Shown: piece by piece, positions 37,517-49,983 of the stretch
Layout: every line of letters begins with the position of its first letter
Position numbering within the stretch: the stretch's first letter is position 1
NCBI RefSeq assembly: GCF_001194135.2
Contig: NC_068985.1
Location: 46,363,676-46,421,100, forward strand
Reading direction: 5' to 3'
DNA length: 57,425 bases
DNA from: Octopus bimaculoides
Taxonomy: Eukaryota
Notes under the pieces: generated by a model
What the model was told of the DNA's origin: nothing
The model's input: only the letters and a program-made list of their open reading frames with translations
The model's database searches: none
Program-made: the position numbers and the translations under genes

Positions 37517-37983
37517 TTTCACTCTTCTATTCACTCTCTCGTTCATGTTTGCCTTGAATGAATGGAGATGATGTAGAAAGGTCATCACCCTCTCTAGTGA
37601 TGACATTACAATAACATGCACTCAATTCACTCTGTGAAGTGATTGGTGTTCAAAGTGCATCCAGCTATGGAATCAAATTAAAAATTAAACACGAGTGAAA
37701 TCAACTACTCTGACCTGCCTCAGTAGGCACTACCTCTGCATACATATGGAATCTGACTGAGATTACCTGTTTCACCACATGCTACCATGGAATTTGGGTA
37801 TAAAATGATGATGACAATCAAGTATATAAATATACAAGTGTATATAACAATGTACAACAATTCAGCTGTGTTGCCAGCCATGAATGTAAAGAATATGTAC
37901 AAATTGCAAACAAGCATAACAGACTGAACAAACGAAAATATGCATTCATCAGTATCCCACTAAAGCTATGCAGTTTTGATGGG

Positions 37984-38240
37984 GAGGTGCATGGCTTAGT
38001 GGTTAGGATGTTGGACTCATGATTGTAAGATTGTGGTTTCAATTCTTGCTTTGGGCGATGCATTGTGTTTTTGAGCAAAACGCTTTATTTCATGTTGCTC
38101 CAGTCCACTCAGCTGGCAAAAAATGAGTAATCCTGCAACAGACCAGCATCCTGTCCAGGTGGGGAATATATACGCCATTGAAACCAGGAAACTGGCCCTT
38201 ATGAGTGTGTATGAGTGTGTAACTTTACCTTTACCCTTAC
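37984..38240 (+). mobile_element. SINE family D-related variant
   Basis: Same tRNA-like head (TGGCTTAGTGGT...GGTTTCAATTC) and TTGAGCAAAAC..TTTATTTCA core; different 3' half. Confidence 0.7.
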
Positions 38241-38303
38241 CTTATGCAGTTTTGATGCCTGGAAATATATACTCATTTGTGTGTATGTGTGTGTGTGTGT
38301 GTG

Positions 38304-38346
<43 letters not shown>

Positions 38347-38513
38347 NNNNNNNNNNNNNNNNNNNNNNNNNNNNNNNNNNNNNNNNNNNNNNNNNNNNNN
38401 NNNNNNNNNNNNNNNNNNNNNNNNNNNNNNNNNNNNNNNNNNNNNNNNNNNNNNNNNNNNNNNNNNNNNNNNNNNNNNNNNNNNNNNNNNNNNNNNNNNN
38501 NNNNNNNNNNNNN

Positions 38514-38552
<39 letters not shown>

Positions 38553-38792
38553 GTATATATATATGTATATACAAGCTGCGATGGGTAAATTGTCACCATT
38601 TTATATTTTTAATTTTGCACATTTGCATTGTTTGTTTTTTGATTTTGTCGACTGCACAGTATAATAAGGTCAGTCAGGCATCTTCTGTGAGAAAAACAGC
38701 ACCATGGCACAATTCACTCTGCCAGAGATTTGGAAATGACATGCTGTACTGCTTAGCATTCACGCTGGAAGCTCTAACATGAACATATGGCG

Positions 38793-38994
38793 AATGCACG
38801 AAACAACGGCTGGCTTGTCCCAAAACATGTACTGAGAGTGATAAAAATCAAACATCCAGTCAACATCATGGTGTTTGGAGTGATCACTACTAATGGCGAT
38901 GGTTAGGTCTCCATTCATCTTCCTACACAGCCTCAGACCCAATATGGAAGCTCTCATCAAGTGCCTGGAAGAAGTAGTGCTGCCTTGGATGTAA
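38793..38994 (+). mobile_element. Tc1/mariner transposase remnant (DDE-domain segment)
   Basis: NARNNGWLVPKHVLRVIKIKHPVNIMVFGVITTNGD, then a 1-nt frameshift, then VRSPFIFLHSLRPNMEALIKCLEEVVLPWM*; resembles the KHP..MV(F/W)G...G...YI..LE..VLPW region of Tc1/mariner transposases. Confidence 0.8.
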
Positions 38995-39074
38995 ACAAAG
39001 TAATACTGGTTGTCAAGTAGTAATCCAGGACAAACACAATGACCACACAAAGAGAGAGACAGACAGACAGAGCA

Positions 39075-39225
39075 GGCTTCTTTCAGTTTCTCTCTAGCAA
39101 ATCCACTCACAAGGCTTTGGTTGGCCTGAAGTTATAGTAGAAAGCACTTGTCCAGGGACCCATGTGGTGAGACTGAACCCAGAGCTATGTGATTCAGAAG
39201 CAACCTTCTTACCATAAAACCATGC
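39075..39225 (-). mobile_element. SINE family C, 5' half
   Basis: Reverse complement of family C core. Confidence 0.75.
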
Positions 39226-39807
39226 CTTAAAAACAAAACTGAGAATTTACCTTGTGGTTTGAGTTTCATGCCATATCCTCTACAATATTTATTGAGCACT
39301 CCTTTCTCGTTTTTCCTGACCACAACTCAGAAATGTTTTCCTATGCAGAATTCTAAATCAGTCCTCAATTAACTTTGTTAGGTCTTCATTTTCATGTTTA
39401 TATGTCTCAGCCAGTAACAATGTAGTTTAGTCTGGAAGACTCCAAAATATACCATCCATTATGGCTTCTAGTTTAGCACAACAACAGTGTCCAGCATAGC
39501 TGAACCTGAATCAAGTAACATGTAGAGTTAGGTGGAGTAGGTCTATAAATCTTCTGTTTGATTTTGGACTCATGTCATGCACACATTCTATGAAATATTT
39601 TAAGCGTTCATTAAAAGTAAAGTATAAATACTACCAAGATGATCTTAAAAGCTTTTTCGTAATTCAGGATTTGGATCCATTGAAAAGAATACTTTCTGTA
39701 ACATTTCACAACATGTCCTGAAGAAGGCAAGATTTGTTGATTTAGAAATACATGAATGTCAGATGTTTTGCTTTTTTTGCATGTGTGCATATGAGTTGGT
39801 GTCCGTT

Positions 39808-39875
39808 TGTATGTATGTATGTATGTATGTATGTATGTATGTATGTATGTATGTATGTATGTATGTATGTATGTA
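39808..39875. repeat. (ATGT)n microsatellite
   Basis: Direct reading. Confidence 0.95.
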
Positions 39876-39963
39876 TATATATATATGTGTGTGTGTGTGT
39901 TAAATAAAATGAGACATCAAAGCCAAGGCTGTGTGGAATTTTCAGGACATTTATAAAGAGAAA

Positions 39964-40016
39964 GTCTTACAGTTGTTTTTTTGGGGGGATATTAGGGATA
40001 TCCCTTCATCAGAGAC
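39964..40016 (-). ncRNA. Decayed minimal type I hammerhead ribozyme motif
   Basis: GTCT-CTGATGA-A-GGGATA-TCCCTAA-TATCCC-CCC-AAAAAAAC-AACT-GTA-AGAC: stem I GUCU/AGAC, stem II GGGAUA/UAUCCC, GUA triplet; conserved GAAA has become AAAA. Confidence 0.55.
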
Positions 40017-40325
40017 GATGTGAGAGTGTTGAATAGAAGGAAATATTAGAGTTGAATATGCATGTGTATGTATCTTTGTATATGTGTGTGTTTGTTTATA
40101 ATTGTATGCATGTACATGTGTATATATGTATGTATATGCATGCATATATATATGTATGTATATATATGCATATATTTGTATATATGTATGATACATACAT
40201 ATACACATATATTCATATAAATAGTCATATATGCATACACACTTATAAATATAAATATTTATGTATACATACATATATGTGTGTGTGTGTATGCATGTAT
40301 ACATATGTATACATGTGTGTGTGTT

Positions 40326-40362
<37 letters not shown>

Positions 40363-40523
40363 GTATACATATATAAAGTGTATACATGTGTATATTCCCA
40401 TGCACATGCACGTAGAAAGAGAATTGGTAATGTATAGGAACAAGGTAGTAACATAATTTTCAGGAACTCTGCGTCTGTGAATGTATGCATGCATGTACAC
40501 TTGCCTGAGAGAAGAAATTAGAG

Positions 40524-40586
<63 letters not shown>

Positions 40587-40890
40587 TGGCATGTGAACAA
40601 TGAATGAATGAAAACGAAAAAGAGATGTTATAATAAATTTGATAAATACTGAGAGAGAGAGGACAGAAGTGACATGATATATTTGACAAACAGTAAGAGG
40701 AAGAGTTAGAGAGGAGGGATGTAATAAATTTGATAAGTTGAGAGAGAGAGAGAAAGAGAGAGAAGTGATGGAGAGAGGGGAGAGCCCTGGAATTATTGGA
40801 AAGATAATAAATTTGATAAAATTGGATTTGGGAATGTGAAGGATAAATTAAATTAAATGGAAAGAGATGGTAAGAGAGAAGAGTCTGAGA

Positions 40891-40930
<40 letters not shown>

Positions 40931-41573
40931 TGTTGTTGTTGTTGTTGGTATGGACTGGCGTGATTTTGAGCCAGAGAAGTTGAGAGAAGATGAGGCAGTT
41001 AGAGGGGGTGGGTGGGGGGAATATCCCAACATTAAATGGAAAGAGATTTATGATAAAGGAAAGATAGTGAAAGGGAAAATATAGGAGTTATCTGAGAAAG
41101 GAAATTATGGAATTATAGCAGAGAGGTGGACAGATAGACAAATCTGTATTGATTTGTGATTCCTGTGCATGCATGTGTATGTGTGTGTGTGTTGGCGTTT
41201 TTATATAGGCCTGTGTGTTGCTATATTTATCTGTGTGTGGGTGTTTATATATATATATATATGTGTGTGCATGCATTGCTATATTTATCTGTGCGTGTTG
41301 TTGTATTTTTGTATATACATCTGTGTTTGTGGCTATATTTGTATGTCAGGGGTGTTGGTAGTTTTATATGTGTTTGTATGTTTGTGTGTGTGTGTGTGTT
41401 AATGTATATTGATACGCGCTGGTATATGTATGTGTTTGTCTATATATATATGTATGATGGTACATTTATGTATGTACATGTTTGTATAATTTATATGTGC
41501 GTGCTGGTAGCTGCATATGTGCGTGTTATGTTTATATATGTTTGAATGATTGTATATAGGTGTGAGTGTGTGA

Positions 41574-41649
<76 letters not shown>

Positions 41650-41937
41650 ACTATGAGATAATGTCTGGTGCAGTGTTTATAGATACATGTGGAATTGTAT
41701 ACATGTGTAAAGTATTCATTTGGATGCATGTCTGCATTCAGTTCTTACTGCAATAATGTTTGATGTAATGTTTGTATATGTACACTTTCACACGTGCATG
41801 TGTACATATCTCATCATTGTGCTTTTCTCTGTGTGTGTGTGTGTGTTTCTATTATTGTGCTTATGTGTGTGCCTATGTGTATGTCTTCATTGCCTTCTCT
41901 CTGTTTGTGTGCTTGTTACATGTTCACACCCTATCTA

Positions 41938-41968
<31 letters not shown>

Positions 41969-42508
41969 ATTTTCACACTGATATGTGTGTGGAAATGTAT
42001 ATAAAAATAGCTGAAAGCATTTCAAATGTTCACTCATCAGGAAATATGTTTGTTACTGTTCAATTATGCATGTATGCATATTAGTATGTTCCTATTGGTG
42101 TATGTGTGTATGCATTGAGCGTCTGTATATGTGTTTGCACTATCTTCCCTCATCCTCATCACCATTTCTTTTTTCCATCACCATAGCAAGCGTCATGATT
42201 CCCACCACCACCACCACCATCATCATCTTCATCATCATCATCATCATCATTATCATCATCTGTTTAATGTCTGCTTCTCAATACTGCCTGAAGCTATATA
42301 TATATATATATATTTGTGTTTCCCCATGTCTGCCACTAGATGTTAGCATTGTATAAAAATAGTTTAAAACTTTGTACAATTCATTGGCAAAACTAAAGAT
42401 CTTCTTAAGGTTTGCATATTTTCTTGTTTAATATGTATTTTGTGTACCTGTTAGTATATTTTTGTTTGTGTATGTGTACACACATGCACATGTGTTGGCA
42501 TATATGTA

Positions 42509-42547
<39 letters not shown>

Positions 42548-42557
42548 NNNNNNNNNN

Positions 42558-42601
<44 letters not shown>

Positions 42602-42866
42602 TATACAGGTGTTCAATATATGTATGACAATCAATCTTTTGACTTTTATATCAACTCTTGTCTTGCTGCAATCTCATTAGCAGCCACTCGGTTGTGGTGC
42701 TCTCAGCCACTTCCAGTGTCTGAGTTGTTGACCACAAGAGACTATGCGCAAAGATAAATGACTCTGTAGTGTTCAGGGAGAGCTGTCAAATACTGCTGTC
42801 TGAAGGAACTTATTTCTGCTATTGGGCTCTAGTGTATTTGTGTATAACGCATGAGAGATACAAGTG

Positions 42867-42906
<40 letters not shown>

Positions 42907-43320
42907 GTATGGCTGTATGGTTAATAAAGCGATATTGCAACTGTGTTTCTTAAGTTTGATCCTGCTTCATGATACCTTGGGCAAGTATCTTCTGCTATAC
43001 TATAGTTTTCAGTCGACTAATACCTTGAGTGAAATTTTAATTGGCGGAAACCAGGTGTATGTGTGTGTGTGTGTGTGTTTGTGTGTGTATGTGTGTTGGA
43101 GAGTCTTTGTATTGAGCAGTTATGATGTTTGTGTATGTTATTCATGCGTAAAATGCTCCTCAGCTCAGCAGTTCAATGAAAACAAGCGCTAGTATCAGGA
43201 AGGGCATTTGGCCATAGAATATTGCCTCGAGAAGTCCTGTTCAAGACATGCCAGCATGTATAAAGCAAGCATAAACAATGATGATATATATTATGTGCAT
43301 ACACGTGTCCCCCCCCCAAC

Positions 43321-43922
43321 ACACACACACACACAATAACTGACACACTTATAATAATCTAAGCAAAGTGTAACAGGGTGTATGTGTGTGCACTTTACAA
43401 AGACACACCTACATGTGACCACCACTAAACGTGCTAGACATAGCAGCCCAACCTCCCCAATGTAGACCTTAACAAAGGACATATTAGGGTCTTGTAACAA
43501 GTATACATATAAACTACAGAAGCATAGGCTTCTGTAGGCTTTATGTTACCTCCCTTCATATGCACTCCTTGTGTATACACATATTCTTCATACATGTGTC
43601 TTGGTTGAACTCATTATCAATGTACATCAGCTGTTGGTTTGTATGTGTGTATGCTGGTGTTTAGGTCCAAGCTAGCTTTGGTTGTGCATATTTATGATTA
43701 GAGGTATTCCAGCCATGACCACCTCACCTTTTACTTCTTTTATGCATAGTGTACCTGTAGTAACACTCTAATATGTATTTTGTTAAGGTGTACTTTGGGG
43801 GAGGTTTGGTTGCTATTTCTAGCAGGTTTAGTGGCAACCACATACAGATGTGTGTTGTAAAGTGCATACACATACGCCCTGTTATATGTGCAGCTTTGCT
43901 TAGATTACTATCAGTGTATGTC

Positions 43923-43945
<23 letters not shown>
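43321..43945. repeat. Inverted pair of repeat G segments, ~190-200-bp arms, ~225-bp spacer
   Basis: 43321-43513 is an imperfect reverse complement of 43739-43945; similar ORF translations on opposite strands agree. Confidence 0.8.
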
Positions 43946-43962
<17 letters not shown>

Positions 43963-44259
43963 CATATATGTAATATGACAATGTGTCTGTCAGTAATATC
44001 TTTGATATTGTACCATTTGTCATTGTGTCACAGGCAATATCCAAATGTCTCTGATGGCATTTATAGTATGTGACATTGGCACTGTGTTAGTAATATAACA
44101 TACCTGAGGATATGAGGATATTATACTGTGTCAGTAATATGTCCCTAACAGGAAAACATAACTGATTTTTCATTTCCTTTTCTGTTCCTTGACTTTAGCA
44201 GCAATAAATGGATTATGTGATGTTCATCTCTTTCCCTTGTCGACCTTGGCGGAATTTAA

Positions 44260-44479
44260 GCATTCCCTAATATTACCACTGCAGTACTTGTCAATGCCTA
44301 CCATGAGCTGTGGAGCAGAAAAGAATTTCTCAAAGCTTCCCTTTATAAAGAATAAATTTCAGTCTACCATGACTGAAAAGCACTTAAATTCCTTCTGCAT
44401 ATTGTCTCTAGAAAATGATAGCGCAAGGAAGCTCTCATATGACAAAACTGTAAGGGAATACATTGCTATTAAAAAAAAA
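44260..44479 (+). mobile_element. hAT transposase C-terminal dimerisation-domain remnant
   Basis: AFPNITTA (44260-44283), frameshift, then YLSMPTMSCGAEKNFSKLPFIKNKFQSTMTEKHLNSFCILSLENDSARKLSYDKTVREYIAIKK; fits the hAT motif (L.P.TS..AER.FS.L..IK...RSTM...RL). Confidence 0.85.
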
Positions 44480-44899
44480 AATGGGTATTTTTGTAATTTT
44501 CATATGTATCTTAAATATAAGATTAAAATTAGATTATATCAACTGTGGTATAATGCTGCCCTTATTTTCAACCCCCATAACTCTAAAAGTATAAGGCATA
44601 GCCTGGAAAATATTTGTTCACACCAGTGATTTTGTGAATCACAATCTGGAATGTAGTGCTTAAATATGTAAAGAAGATTGTGGTGATTTGCCATGGAACA
44701 ACCACATCAACAAAGATATTGGTGATTACCCACACCTTGTTTCTGGTGGAAAGAGGACTCACTGTCAGATTCATCTTTAAGGACTCCACATCACCACTTC
44801 ACCATTTGGGTTATCAGGGCCTCAAGGCTGGAGTTCCTTGCAAGGGCAAGAAAATTCTTTGACCCTTGTTGGATGTTATCCTACTGTTGCTGGTTGTAT

Positions 44900-44958
44900 A
44901 GGGGGAGCCCCCATAACATTTTAAGCTTCAGGGCCCCAATATTGTAGATCCGCCATTG
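44900..44958. mobile_element. Probable hAT right terminus
   Basis: GGGGGAGCCCCC...GGGCCCC subterminal motifs ending TAGATCCGCCATTG (reverse complement CAATGGCGGATCTA, like CAGTGGCGGATC-type ends). Left end not found. Confidence 0.45.
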
Positions 44959-45616
44959 TTGATGGGATAGTCATGAGTGGCTTGCTTTTGATCTTATGTC
45001 TTGCTTCATGAGAGAGCTGACCTGGAACTAAACAACAATAGCAACAATGATAACAACTAATGCTGCACAATCTCTGTTCTGAACTAATTGACCGTATTTT
45101 TCATCTGCCTCCAACTATCAGCATCAAAGGAGTCTCTATGTGGTTCCTTGACCAACTACAGATAACGACCAAATCTCCCTTAAATAAAGAAAGGACACAT
45201 TAAGGTATTCCCTACATACTCATAAAAGGACCGGCCGATCGCAGCTGGATTACTTTTGATTACAGGCCTGCTCAGTCATGGTTGACCTATGTCTAAAACC
45301 AGCATTTGTTTGAAATCAACAACAATAACCTATACAATGTTGTACTTCTCACTTCATTCTATCATGCCTTGTTACTGCAATAGTCTAACACCAAATTAAC
45401 CAAACTAGCTCTTTTGCTGTTACAAGGAAGCATTAACATTGGCTGCTTATGTCCTTCTATAATATTGACAAATAAAAGAAAATGCAATTTGATTGTTGTT
45501 GCTCTTGTTTCAAACCAGGTCAGCTGCAATTTTATTCAATAGACCCTTGACTGAAGGTGTTCTGTATGTCTATAGTTAGATTGTCCTTTTTTTTTTTTTA
45601 ATTTAGTAGTGTTAGG

Positions 45617-45765
45617 GTTATGAAGCATCCAGCTGTAGAAACAATGCCTCAACAGACAGCTGGAGTCTGGACAGCTCCCAGCTAGCCAGCTCCATGTCAA
45701 ACTGTCCAACCCATGCCAGCATGGAAAGCAGACATTAAGCAATGATGATGATGAAGATGATGATG
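45617..45765 (+). mobile_element. Family A retroelement 3' end
   Basis: GCATCCAGCTGTAGAAAC...CCAACCCATGCCAGCATGGAAAGCAGAC...(GAT)n. Confidence 0.75.
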
Positions 45766-45823
45766 CATGGTATGTGATTTGAGGGAATTTAGCTGCTATT
45801 TTCTAATAGCTCAAAGATAAAAG

Positions 45824-45855
<32 letters not shown>

Positions 45856-45857
45856 TA

Positions 45858-46295
45858 TCTTTTGTTTCAGTCATTTGACTGTGGCCATGCTGGGGCACTT
45901 CCTTGAAAGGTTTTAGTCAAACAAATCAACCTCGGACTTAATTTTTAAGCCTGATACTTACTCTATTGTTCTCTGCTGCTGAACTGCTAAGCTACAGGGA
46001 TGTAAACACACTAACACCAGTTGTCAAGTGGTGGTGGGCAACAAAGACACATAGATAGATAGATACATAAATATGTACATACATGCACACATACAAACGT
46101 ATATATATATGTATATGTATATGTATATATATATACACATGCATATGAGAGAGAGAGAAAGAATTACTTTGGGCTTCTCTCAGTTTCTGTCTACCAGCTT
46201 CACTCACAAGACTTTGATCAGCCTGAGGCTATAGTAAAAGACACTTGTCCAAGGTGCCACGCAGTGGGGCTGAACCCAGAACCATATGGTTGGGA
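45858..46295 (-). mobile_element. SINE family C, near full length
   Basis: Reverse complement of family C from 3' end to head. Confidence 0.8.
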
Positions 46296-46577
46296 AAAAC
46301 ACAGGAGAATTGCTGTGAAAACGGCTTCAGAAATTCGGGTAAAAATACTCTCATAGATGGAGAAAAGTGTCCAGCAGCCACTTCAGAGAAATGAAGAGAG
46401 AGAGAGAGAGAGAGAGTGTGTCTCTCTTCCATTGCTCGTTTGATAGTTTTATTCTTTTACACATTTTAGTCATTTGACTGCGGCCATTCTGGAGCAGTGC
46501 TTTAGAAAGCACCGCCTTTATAAAAACTGTTGTAATGAAATCTTGTCATACCAAGATGTTCAAACAATTACTATCAA

Positions 46578-46885
46578 AATCATCATCATCTTCATCTTTA
46601 TCGGTCTCATCGTCTTCATTGCTGATGTATTTCTCATCATCTCTGTCATCGTCATTGTCATCATCTTTATTGTCATTTTCTTCATTGTTGCTGTCTTCAT
46701 TTTTTGATGTCTTCATCATCATCTTCATCACAGACGTCTTCGTCATCATTGTCTCCATCATCAGCATCTTCTTCAGTGTCTTCGTTGTTGTTGTCTTCAT
46801 CATTACCATCTTCATCATTGTCTTTGTTGTCTCTATTGTCACCACCATCATCATCATCATCATCATCACCATCATCATCATCACC
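46578..46885. repeat. Degenerate (TCA/TCT/TCG)n trinucleotide tract
   Basis: Direct reading; explains the Ser-, Ile/Val- and Met/Asp-rich ORFs on both strands. Confidence 0.9.
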
Positions 46886-47205
46886 ATATATGTTAAAGCA
46901 GTTTTACTCAGCAACATCATGCGCAACAGTCGTAGCACTGCTGCCACCCCATCCCCATCATCACCACCAGCACAAACCTTCACCACCACAAACCATCACC
47001 ACCACAACTGCCATCATCAGCATTTCGTAAAAGCCAACTGATTGATCATGTTCCAATATAAAAGTCTACTTTATGTTTTACATGGAGTGGGTGGGTGGGT
47101 AGAATGGAGTTGGGTGGAACTCCAGAATCATTGAATGGTAAAATGGTTTTCCCACTCAACCAGGTGACAGACCAACCAACCAACCAGCTTTTTGATTCAA
47201 CTCAC

Positions 47206-47247
47206 AAATCTGGAACTGTTTTGCTCCAGAGTACTGTTGAACTGCTT
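47206..47247 (-). other. Candidate 42-nt exon on minus strand
   Basis: ttttctaatcctcag|AAGCAGTTCAACAGTACTCTGGAGCAAAACAGTTCCAGATTT|gtgagt; all three frames open. Splice signals only. Confidence 0.25.
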
Positions 47248-47401
47248 CTGAGGATTAGAAAACCTTTTAACTTATATATGTATATCCATTGCTAGCAATC
47301 AAAACCAACGCTTCACTAAGAATATTCCACAATCTGAGTGTTTAGGGATTTTCTTGAAGTACACAGTTTATTTTATTTCTGTTTATTTTTAATCATTTTA
47401 C

Positions 47402-47410
47402 TTATTATTA

Positions 47411-47474
<64 letters not shown>

Positions 47475-47510
47475 TACTATTACTATTATTATTATTATTA
47501 TTATTATTAT
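47402..47510. repeat. (ATT)n microsatellite
   Basis: Direct reading. Confidence 0.95.
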
Positions 47511-47690
47511 TGTTGTCGTTGTTGCTACTATCCACCTTATATATCTTTTTGCAAATGTAATTGTGTATGTGTGTGAGTTTTCTGTTAGTGTGTGTTAGTG
47601 TATGTTATCAGAGTTAGTATGTGTGTGTGTACATATCAATGCTAGTGTGCTTATTTCTGTATGTTAGTATTTAGCGTTATCATGTGTATC

Positions 47691-47724
<34 letters not shown>

Positions 47725-48837
47725 AAACTAAAAGTTGTTGCATTAGACAAATGGATGATTTTGATGACTTTTCATATATTCTTCCCAAATATTATCCTGA
47801 CACCAATGGTATCCTATACCTTCCTTAACGTGTACCCTACCCACTATTTACCTTTCTCCCTCTACCCCTATTTTTTTTTCTTTTCCTCCTTTTCATCTTC
47901 TCTCTCACTTTCTCTCTTTCTGCAAATGTATTCCCCGATTAGTTTGTTCTTCAACTCCATTTATTATAACTTCAGCATCTATCCTCACATATTCTGAATT
48001 TTATATATCTTTGTCTTCATTAAATATCTCTACTATATACATACTTTTGTGTGGAGAGTTCATCTGTGGTCACTCAACATAGAAATAGCAGCCAAAAATC
48101 CCTTACAAGTCTTAAAACTTGTGAACTTACACTGGCTTATATAACTTTTTTCGTAGGTAATATTTAAGGAAAGAGTGTGATGGTCATGCCTGGAATGCCT
48201 CTGCTTCAGATCATAAGTTTGCTCCATCCATGCTGACATAGGACTTAAACAACACTAACTGTATGAATTGGAAAGCGGACGTTAAACGATGATGATGATG
48301 ATGATGATGATGATGATATATATATATATATATATATATATAATACAAATAATATATGAGTATATGCATATATACGTACATTTATGTACATACCTATATC
48401 TACATGTATATATAGATGCATATCTGGATACAGAACGTTGCAAAAAAACGTGGACAAAATGATAAACAGAGTATGGAAAACACACAGGCAACATAGAGAA
48501 CATTTCCTTCATCAGCTGCCACCATTCTAAAACTAAGTGTTTCGAAGAGTTAGGGCAGGACACATTGTTAGAATGGCTCTTCTCACGGACCACAAATTAA
48601 ATTTGTACCATGGAGGAATGTAGTGGCAGACAGAAAACAAGATAGGAAAATGAAACAGTGAAAATAAACAAAAAAGGCTATACTGCCGCATGTATATCTG
48701 TATACATATCTACAAATATGTTTATATGGGTGTATTAATCGTATGTTTTAGTTTTGTTATATATATATATATATATACATGTTATAGAAGTATGCACACA
48801 CACACAAAGGCATAAGTGTGTTCGTCTAATAAAAAAT

Positions 48838-48980
48838 TTATTTCCTAACCACATGGTTCCCAGTTCAGTCACACTGAATGGTACCTTGGGCAATATGTCT
48901 TCTACTACTAAAGCCTTGAGCTGACCAAAGCGTTGTGAGTGAATCTGGTAGACAGAAACTGAATGAAGCCTGTCGTATTA
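48838..48980 (+). mobile_element. SINE family C, partial
   Basis: Family C core. Confidence 0.7.
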
Positions 48981-49983
48981 TGTATACATTACACAAACAC
49001 GTGGCGAGAAACATGCATGTATATGTGTGTGGCTGTGTTTTTGTTAATGCGTTTGAATGTGCATGTGTGTAATTTATGCATCATGAACTTAACAATATTT
49101 GCAAAACTCTGAGTAATAATAGAGTAATTCATCTTACTGCTATGATAAGTATTTACTTTCTACTCTGTATTCAGTACTTTTCCTCTTTCCTTTATATCTG
49201 TGTGTGTGTGTGCATGCATGTATGTGATACAAGTAAGCTTGTGTGTGTGCATGTGCACTTATACACACCAGTTACACATCCAGTCTCTCTTTATCTTTGC
49301 TCTTGCTGTTATCTTTATGAATCACTCTTTCTGATAAAGAATACCAATGTGTATTAGTGTGATTGAATGTGTGTAGACACATGTGCCAGAGTGTTTAGTA
49401 ATGGCATGGTAGTGGCAGTAGTAGTGGTGGTGGTGGTGGTGGTGGAATGGCACATGGCAGTGAATTTAATACTTTAGATCTGCACTGTGTTGTGAGTTCC
49501 CAAGGGATGCATCTTCTCCTATCTCTCCAAAAATATTGCCCCTGTGAGGGATCATTGAAATTGTGTAATGCTGAACCTAGTTAGTGTTTTGTAGGTCAGC
49601 TGTAGGTAAGTTTTCTGTAGAAGGTAAATCAAAACTGCTTATACACTGTATAACATCCTTTATCCTAGAGTAGAGTGTATATAAACACATGGTTCTTGTT
49701 TAGAGATGTATCTAATTTATTTTTAAACAGTACACAGGCATCCCTCACATTATAGCTACCTTAGGTTATGGGATTTTTATGCTTATGGAAATTGTTATAT
49801 ATGCTACCCGTTTTGGGATATGATCTGTAATTTCACCCTTATGGAAAACTCAAGTAAACTTTATGAATTTAAAAATTAAAAAACTGCACTTTCTTCTTAG
49901 CTTAAAGGCCACTTCTTGGCATTTTAACTGAGCTCAAAGTAGTTAAGAATTTAAAAAACAATAATCATAATGTGTAAATGTAT

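Noticed and set aside
36743-37571. Long ORFs of 272, 210 and 184 aa
   Set aside because: They are translations of the (CT)/(CTAT) array in all three frames; stop codons are absent for compositional reasons.
42005-42050. CTGATGA...GAAA on minus strand
   Set aside because: Stems I, II and III do not pair; chance motif.
39951-42757. Many YI/HT/CV-repeat ORFs
   Set aside because: Translations of (TA)n, (CA)n and (TG)n tracts.
44189-44629. 146-aa ORF as a host gene
   Set aside because: Only the central part is a hAT dimerisation remnant; the N-terminal part is out of frame and there is no catalytic domain.
46474-47041. Overlapping Ser-, Ile/Val- and Met/Asp-rich ORFs
   Set aside because: Degenerate trinucleotide repeat; no splice or domain support.
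48500-48580. Permuted (type II) hammerhead: minus-strand GAAAC-actta-GTT...CTGATGA-agg
   Set aside because: No stem I hairpin and a weak stem II; a 9-bp inverted repeat (48522-48530/48568-48576) suggests a different fold. Worth rechecking only on a family consensus.
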